From Eledone cirrhosa (Eukaryota): a DNA stretch of 64,000 nt. The notes below the pieces were generated by a model. That model had not been told where the DNA came from. It saw nothing but the letters and a program-made list of their open reading frames with translations, and made no database searches. Positions 56,260-64,000 of the stretch are shown piece after piece; the stretch's first letter is position 1, and each line of letters opens with the position of its first letter. Made by a program: the position numbers and the translations under genes. The DNA lies in assembly GCA_964016885.1 (NCBI GenBank), contig OZ024741.1, forward strand, positions 149,234,001 to 149,298,000, written 5' to 3'.

Positions 56260-58600
56260 CATCATCTCTGTTTTACTTCCATTTTTCCATGCTAGCAAGG
56301 GTTAGGCGAGTTGTTCTATTGTGGGAAATGCTAGATCAGGTGACCATGTTTTGCTCATACAGAATTGATTCTGGCTTGGTTTCTATAGCTGGATGCCCTT
56401 CCTAATGCCAACCTCATTTACAGTGAGTACTGGGTGCTTTTTGTCATGATGCCTACACAACCACTTTACAGTGTGGACTGGGTGATTTTTGTTGTGACAC
56501 CTACACGATAACTTTACAGTGTGAGCTGGGCACTTTTTACTGTGTCACCATCATGACCTCTTTACAATGTGGCTTTACTGAATGTATTATCTGGCTTTTC
56601 CTCGGGGGAGATATATGGGGGGTTAGGGGGGCATAATGTATATATACTTCACCTTCAACCAAGTTGGGTCTTCTGTATTACTGCAATGCAATTGGGTAAG
56701 GTCAGCTTTTATCACCTCATCCCAAGTCTTCCCAGATCTCCCCTCTCCAAGGTTTCCATTGACTTTAAGCGCTCTGCACCTTTTTATGGTGCTGTCATTC
56801 GTCATACACATCACATGTCCATACCAATGTAATCTCCTCCCCTGCACACATCATTTGATTCCTCTTATGCCTAGTTTTTCTCTCAGTTCATTTATGCTTT
56901 GCTGTTCATGTATTACACATCCATCGGAGCATGCAAGCTTCATTTCTTTCCAATCTACACAAGTCTTCTGCACACAGCGCCCAGGTCCCACTACCATGCA
57001 ACATTGTTGTTCGAATGCACACATCATACAGTCTGCCATTTATTTTGAGGGAAAAGCCTTTTGCAGCTAGCAGTGGTAGTAGCTCCCTGAACTTCTTCCA
57101 TCCCATTCTTACTCTGGCTACTGTACTTTCAGAACACCCATCTCCGCTGCTAATTTGGTCACCTAGGTAGCAGAAGCTATCTACTGTTTCTACAGAACCC
57201 TCCCAGAGTTTGGTAGTGCTTGTTTCCTGTGGTTGTTTGCTGCTTACTGTCTCGGTGCAGCTGCTACATGTAAAGCCTACATTCTTAGCTAAACTTCCTG
57301 AGATCCCACTACGTCTCTTGTGTACCCATAATTTGCATTTGAGGCAGAGGATGGAATTTCTACCTACACCTTTCCTACATACTGAGCAAGGCCATCTCCC
57401 TGAGGGGATCAGGGTTCTGTTTTCTCTTCTACTTACTAGGACCTTAGTCTTTCTCAGGTTGACTTTAAGACCCTTTGTTTCTAGGCCCTGTTTCCATGTT
57501 TGGAATGTTTTCTCTAGTTCCACCATAGATTCAGCTATGAGTGTAAGATCATCTGCGAACAGGAGTTCCCATGGGCATCCCGTCTTAAACTTCTCCATTA
57601 TAGCCTGCAGCATGATGATAAACAGGAGAGGGCTAAGAACAGAGCCCTGGTGGACACCAGCCTGTTCACTAAATTCCTTGCTATAGTAATTACTAACCCT
57701 AACATTGCTGACTGCTCCCCTATACATGGCTCGTACATGGCTCGTACAGCCTTCACAAACCCTTCATCTACTCCTAGTTTTCTAAGAGCCCACCAGATTA
57801 TGTCACGGGGCACTCTGTTCCAGATCGACAAATGCCAGGTAGAGCAGCCTACTTTTAGCTAGGTACTTTTCCTGTAACTGCCTCACAAGGAAGAGAGCAT
57901 CAGTGGTTCTTTTGCCTTGCACAAATCCAAACTGCATCTCATCTAGAGTTACATGGTCCCTAATCAACTGTGCTATAACTCTTTGTGTTACTTTTATGAC
58001 CTATAGTTTCTTCTATCTAGTGCATCTCCTTTACCCATGTAGCAGTTGACAATGATGCTGCTGTGCTAATCATTTGACATGATGCCATTTCGTATTATTT
58101 TGTTTACAATATGTGTGGTTATGGTGTGACTTACCTGTGGTTAGAAAAAGCTATCTCACTTACCGCTTTTCATAGGCGCCGCTAAATCTCATGGCTGGTT
58201 TCTCCTCTTCCACGTGCGTCCAACTCATTAATACCCGGGAGCTGCCAAACTCGCGTCCACCACGTTTCTGATCACATTAGAGAGAGGCCGATCTGCTGGC
58301 CCTTCCGGTCGAGCACCCTTCCGGTCGAGCACCCTTCCGGCCAAGCACCCTTCCGGTCAAGCACTCTTCCGGTCGAGCACTCCCCAGCTTCCACCCACCG
58401 CACACCACACACTACCAACCCAGATACTTTCAGCATCTTGGCAACTATTCCTGATGGGCCAGCTGCCTTCCCAGTCTTCATATCCTTAATTGCCTTATTT
58501 CCTACACTGCTTTTGACTTGTACTGCTGGGTCTTCTATGGGGTCCACTTGGGTTCCACTTGGGGTAGGGTCTCTTTCTCCCATGTATTCTCATTTAGCAA
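56260..58600 (-). mobile_element. Decayed RTE LINE interrupted by a solo LTR-like insert
   Basis: ORFs 56906-57727, 57598-57831 and 58272-58583 are homologous to the 36-38 kb RTE. Frameshifted. Confidence 0.9.
58136..58411. mobile_element. Solo LTR-like insertion with internal 16-bp tandem repeat x5
   Basis: TGTGG...CCACACA, flanked by (t/c)tacc. cccttccggtcgagca repeats at ~58300-58380. Confidence 0.55.
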
Positions 58601-58602
58601 TT

Positions 58603-58632
<30 letters not shown>

Positions 58633-58636
<4 letters not shown>

Positions 58637-58826
58637 AAGAAAAAAAGATGAAATCGAAAATACAACTGGAGTCTTATTTCTTTTAAAATATATATATTTA
58701 TTTGGTTCCTTTACCAGTTTCGCAGTTCTTCTGCTTTTCAAAAGTAGAGTTGAGATGGAGGGTCTGTTGTTTTTTTTAAAAATAAGACTCCAGTTGCATT
58801 TTCGATTTCATCTTTTTTTCTTTATA
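58633..58826. repeat. Inverted repeat (arms ~58633-58678 and ~58780-58826) with a minimal hammerhead in the spacer
   Basis: Arms are reverse complements. Minus-strand spacer 58709-58744 reads cuu-UUGAAAA-gcag aagaa cugc-GAAA-cugg-UA-aag. Confidence 0.75.
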
Positions 58827-58899
58827 CTTTCACTCGTGTAGGATGCCTCGCTTATTTTTCATTTTGTAAAAAAACGTCACTTTCTAATATATATATATA

Positions 58900-59600
58900 T
58901 AGGAACGGGTAGGACCCCGACGGCTGAGCTCAAGCCGTTTCGACGGCTAATTCTGGACTAAATGAAAATGTTTATCCTGGTATATGAATAGCCGAGCTTC
59001 TCAGGGGGTAATTCCATATATGGTAAAAGTGATTGTCACAAAGGATTGGTCAAAAGTTTGTTGTTGAGACACATAATTCTATCATGGCAATTTGTGGAAG
59101 GAAGGGGTAGCTGAACCTGCCAGTAGAAGAAAGAGGGAGTGGAGGAAACCCAGTCATGCGTTGATAGTGCCAACCACAGCAGGATCCTAAGGGCAGGAGG
59201 TCAAGCAAGTATACTAGGGAGGGGGAGGGGGAGGAAGTCAAAACAATAAGTAAATCAATATGGAGTAAATATAGAGAAGAATACTAAGAATGTTAAAAAT
59301 ATAAAAAACAATTTCTGGTTACTATTCCCTAACCACAATCATCAAATCTCTCACTGGTACTGCTAAACTATAGAAAAGTTTAATAGGTGGGACGGAATAC
59401 TAAATACGAGATTGTAGTGAGAGAATTTTATGAGTTAGTAGTAATCAACCAAGTATATCTTACAGTGACAGGTCAACAAGTAGGGGAGCAAAATACTAAA
59501 GAAACTACCACAAAATAATAATTCTAATTCAGAGTCCCGAAACTAATACAAAATAATAATTCAGAATCCTGAAAATGAATACTAATACTATCTCTAAGGG
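58900..59600 (-). mobile_element. Diverged copy of the Penelope 3' UTR / pseudo-LTR with hammerhead (58914-59009)
   Basis: Collinear with 7735-8430. Retains the CUGAGAA core, GAAA and GUC. Confidence 0.8.
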
Positions 59601-59684
59601 TACCGCTACGATACAAAACTCTAGTACAAACTACATATACATACATATACATATATACATACATTTATAAACATATACATATAC

Positions 59685-59731
<47 letters not shown>

Positions 59732-59760
59732 CATATACACATATATACACATACATATAT

Positions 59761-59941
<181 letters not shown>

Positions 59942-60074
59942 CATAGTTGAAAATTGCAAACTTGACTGTCACCACACATTATGAACCTAAAGATTGCGAA
60001 AGCATGAAAGTACTTGTTCAATTAATTTTAAAGGATTGTAAATAAAACGAGTAAATCAGGCAAAGTTGGAATTC

Positions 60075-60243
<169 letters not shown>

Positions 60244-60266
60244 GCTCTAACCACTAAGCCATGTGA

Positions 60267-60302
<36 letters not shown>

Positions 60303-60304
<2 letters not shown>

Positions 60305-60781
60305 AGGCACATGGCTTAGTGGTTAGAGCATTGGCCTTGCAATCGAAAGGTTGTGAGTTCAATTCTCAGACCGGATGATGTGTTGTTTCCTTGAGCAAGA
60401 CACTTTATTTCACATTGCTCCAGTTTACTCAGCTGTAGAAATGAGATGTTAGGACTGAGGTCCCCTATCATTCCACTGCAAAGTGGTTGTGGAGGTATCA
60501 CGGCAAAAAAGCACCCAGCCCACACTGTAAAGTGGACGTGTAGGCGCCACAGAAAAAAAGCACCCAGCCCACACTGTAAAGTGGACGTGTAGGTGCCACA
60601 GAAAAAAAGCACCCAGCCCACACTGTAAAGTGGACGTGTAGGCGCCACAGAAAAAAAGCACCCAGCACTCACTGTAAATGAGGTTGGTGTTAGGAAGGGC
60701 ATCCAACTGTAGAAATCAAGCCAGAATCAGTTCCCGTCCCACCCTTGCAAGCAGGGAAAAGCGGACATAAGATGATGATGA
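60303..60781 (+). mobile_element. tRNA-head / CORE-like SINE fused to RTE 3' tail
   Basis: A box tggcttagtggttag, B box gagttcaattc, tgtttccttgagcaagacacttt, then three ~49-bp repeats and the RTE-type end with (GAT)n. Confidence 0.75.
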
Positions 60782-60799
60782 TATATATATATATATATT

Positions 60800-61008
60800 A
60801 TAGGAACCAGTAAGACCCCGACAGCTGAGCTCAAGCCGTTTCGACGGCTAATTCTGGACCCAGAATTCTGGTCCAGAATTAGCCGTCGAAACGGCTTGAG
60901 CTCAGCTGTCGGGGTCTTACTGGTTCCTATTACCCACTCTACTACCTCAAGTATTGAGTACTTTGGTGCGTTATGGTCCACCAGGTTCCTTACCACATTT
61001 CCTTCGTT
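60800..61008 (+). mobile_element. Penelope 3'-end fragment forming a ~130-bp palindrome plus tail
   Basis: Arms 60800-60860 and 60870-60930 are perfect reverse complements containing the 3' half of the hammerhead. Tail to 61008, then (TA)n. Confidence 0.8.
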
Positions 61009-61028
61009 ATATATATTATATATATATA

Positions 61029-61505
61029 TGTCGCAAGATCTGTCAACGCCTTGCCCTTGGGTGACACCTAAATGTCAAACTCTAGGTCACCACCCTTTTG
61101 GTGTGAACAAGTTCATGCATGGGCTGTCCTCTCGAGGTGGGAGACAGAAAGCGACAGGTATATAAAGCCTATATTTTCCCACCTTACGACAGAGCGATCG
61201 GAGCAGTACACTATTACAAGTATGTGAAAGATTCACCGCTACCTACAGGCCACAGTGATCTACAGACCATTCAGAGGTATACAGACCATTACTCTCTCTC
61301 ACTATTGTCTCAGACTACACCAGCCTTATGAACCAACAACAAAAATAACATTGTCAACCTTCACAACTCGTAGTAATATGTTTATTGTTCTTTTTGATTG
61401 AAGTGAAGTAAACCTTTATATATGAAGTAAATCGCTATTCTTGTTATTTCATCTAACAACTATGTTAATCCATCCAACAATATCTTACTAAAATACCCTT
61501 CGTTA
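61029..61505 (+). mobile_element. Possible solo LTR
   Basis: Starts TGTC within a TA tract; TATATAAA at ~61159; agtaaa motifs near the 3' end. Right boundary uncertain. Confidence 0.35.
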
Positions 61506-61542
61506 AATATATATTTATTATATATATATGAGGGGAGTATAA

Positions 61543-63540
61543 TAAGTAAGGCAATCAAGGATATGAAGACGGGTAAGGCGGCTGGGCCTTCGGAAATAGT
61601 TGCTGAGATGCTGAAGGCATCTGGCACGGTGGGACACACCATGGTCACCCGCGTAGTTAACCAAGTCGTACAGAATGGGGTTGTTCCGAAGGACTGGCAT
61701 AGCAGCATCATCGTTAACTGTTATAAGGGTAAAGGAGACGCCCTAGATAGGAGTAACTATAGAGGCATTAAATTAATCGACCAGGTCATGAAGGTCACGG
61801 AAAAAGTAATAGCACAACTAATCAGAGAGAGAATTGACCTAGATGAAATGCAGTTCGGGTTTGTGTCAGGCAAAAGTACCACAGACGCTCTTTTCATTGT
61901 ACGACAACTACAGGAGAAGTACCTAGCTAAAGGTAAACCCCTATACTTAGCTTTTGTTGACTTGGAGAAAGCCTTCGACAGAGTCCCCCGCTCCATTATC
62001 TGGTGGGCTCTTAGAAAACTAGGCGTTGACGAATGGCTTGTGAGAGCTATACAAGCCATGTATAAAGAAACAGTCAGCAAGGTTAGAATTAACAACGAAT
62101 ATAGTGAAGAGTTTAGTGTAAAAGTTGGCGTCCATCAGGGCTCTGTTCTCAGCCCCCTACTATTTATTATTGCCCTTCAGGCTATAACAGAGGAGTTCAA
62201 GACCGGCTGCCCATGGGAACTCCTATACGCAGATGACCTGACACTCATAGCGGAATCAATGGCGGAGCTAGAGAAGAAATTCCAAACATGGAAGCACGGC
62301 CTAGAATCAAAAGGACTTAAAATTAACCTGGCTAAGACTAAAGTTCTAGTTTGTAGGAAAGAAAATAAGGCGGCGGTCCCTTCTGGGAAATGGTCGTGCT
62401 CGGTGTGTAGGAAAGGCGTAGGTAGAAACTCCATTTTATGTCCTAAATGCAAAGTATGGGTGCATAAAAGATGTAGTGGGATCACAGGTAAGCTAACTAA
62501 GAACATAGATTTTACATGTGGCCGGTGCTCTGGTGCAATAAGTAGCAGCAAGTGCCCACAAAATACTAGCTCTTTCAATTGCGCAGAGGGTTCTATAGAA
62601 ATAGTGGACAGCTTCCGTTACCTGGGTGATAAAATCAGCAGTGGGGGAGGGTGCTCTGAAAGTACAGTAGCTCGAGTCAGAACTGGTTGGAAAAAGTTCA
62701 GAGAGCTTATACCACTATTAGCTGCTAAAGGGTTCTCCCTAAAAATGAAAGGCAGGTTGTACGATGCCTGCATACGAACAGCAATGTTGCATGGCAGTGA
62801 GACCTGGGCATTGTGTGCAGAGGATATACGCAGACTAGAGAGGAACGAAGCTTGCATGCTCCGCTGGATGTGTAACAGTAATATACGTGAACGGCAAAGC
62901 ATAAACGAACTAAGGAAAAAATTAGAAATAAGAGGGATCAGATGTTGTTTACTCGAGAGAAGGCTACGTTTGTATGGACACGTGATGCGCATGAAAGTCG
63001 ATAGCTGTATAACAAAGTGCAGGGCAATAAAGATAGACGGTAGCCACGGAATAGGCAGACCTAGAAAAACCTGGGACGAGCTGATAAACTCCGACCTCAC
63101 ACACTTACACCTCTCCAAGACAATGTCACTGGACCGAGACCTTTGGCGGTACTCAGTAACAGAGAAGACCCGCCTTACCTAAATACATAGTAAAACCTAC
63201 TACAGCCAGTAGGCATCTCTAACAAAATACCCCCCCCCCCCTTCTATGTAAAGTTATGTTGGTGCCACGCCATCCAGGCCGAAACAAATGAGATCGTGTA
63301 GGTGTCACGACAAAAAAACACACAGTCCACGCTGTAATGTGGCCGTGTAGGCAACACGGTAAAAACCTCCCAGACCCACACTGTAAATGTGGTTGGTGTT
63401 AGGAAGGGCATCCGACTGTAGAAAACCTGCCAGACAGTCCTATGCGAGCAAGACAATCACTCTTGCCTCAAGTGGGAATACCCCCGTCCAAACCCATGCA
63501 AGCGTGGAACACGGACGTTAACCGTTGATGATGATGATGA

Positions 63541-63545
<5 letters not shown>
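61543..63545 (+). mobile_element. 5'-truncated RTE-clade LINE with open RT ORF 61563-63182 (539 aa)
   Basis: All RT motifs including LLYADD are intact; PHD-like finger present; 3' UTR ends in (GAT)n. Confidence 0.94.
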
Positions 63546-63573
<28 letters not shown>

Positions 63574-64000
63574 TATGTACACGTACATACATATATCTAT
63601 ACAGACGTACAGTAGTATGTATATATATATATACATACATGCACACATATATATATGTACATATGGATTCACCGAACATTTATTATAATGCTCGGTGTGT
63701 TTGTAAACAATCATCCCGTATTAAGCCGTAGTGTCTAGCAACCATCGTTGCTCGTTTGTTCAACACTGACAAAGGAACGCTGTACTAGTTTCAAGCTTAT
63801 TAGCTATCATCAGCAACGTATACCTTCCTGCCAGATTGTTGAACGTCTGAAAGTATATACTTACCTTATGCATATTAACGGCTGAGTAGCCCAATTTGCA
63901 TATCGAGTGGGTTAATCGGCCGGGTGCATCGAAAACGATAAACGGAAAAAATGAAACGAAATTTCATTTCCCACTCTTAGTACGGCTGTTACTTAAATAT

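Noticed and set aside
60303-60375. tRNA gene (also ~20555-20625)
   Set aside because: A/B boxes are present but the acceptor stem is not intact, and the sequence runs into CORE-like SINE body.

Overview
This is AT-rich, repeat-dense animal genomic DNA, very likely from an octopus or other cephalopod. That assignment is inferred from the octopine dehydrogenase gene, tRNA/CORE SINEs, abundant (TA)n/(CA)n microsatellites and RTE LINEs. Host genes: an uninterrupted 405-aa octopine/opine dehydrogenase CDS (21443-22660, +) and two phase-compatible terminal exons of an unidentified convergent gene (33041-33228 and 31252-31712, -). The rest is mobile DNA: several RTE-clade LINEs carrying a PHD-like C4HC3 finger, Penelope-like elements (GIY-YIG), one decayed Ty3/Gypsy-like element, solo LTRs, SINEs, MITEs and two satellites (68 bp x ~65 and 47 bp x ~31). 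The most striking structure is a set of DNA palindromes (0.1-4 kb) embedded in (TA)n tracts. Many carry type I hammerhead ribozyme folds from at least 7 unrelated sequence families, including a 4-kb Penelope palindrome with four hammerheads and two non-canonical catalytic cores. All folds and alignments were read by eye and need computational confirmation.
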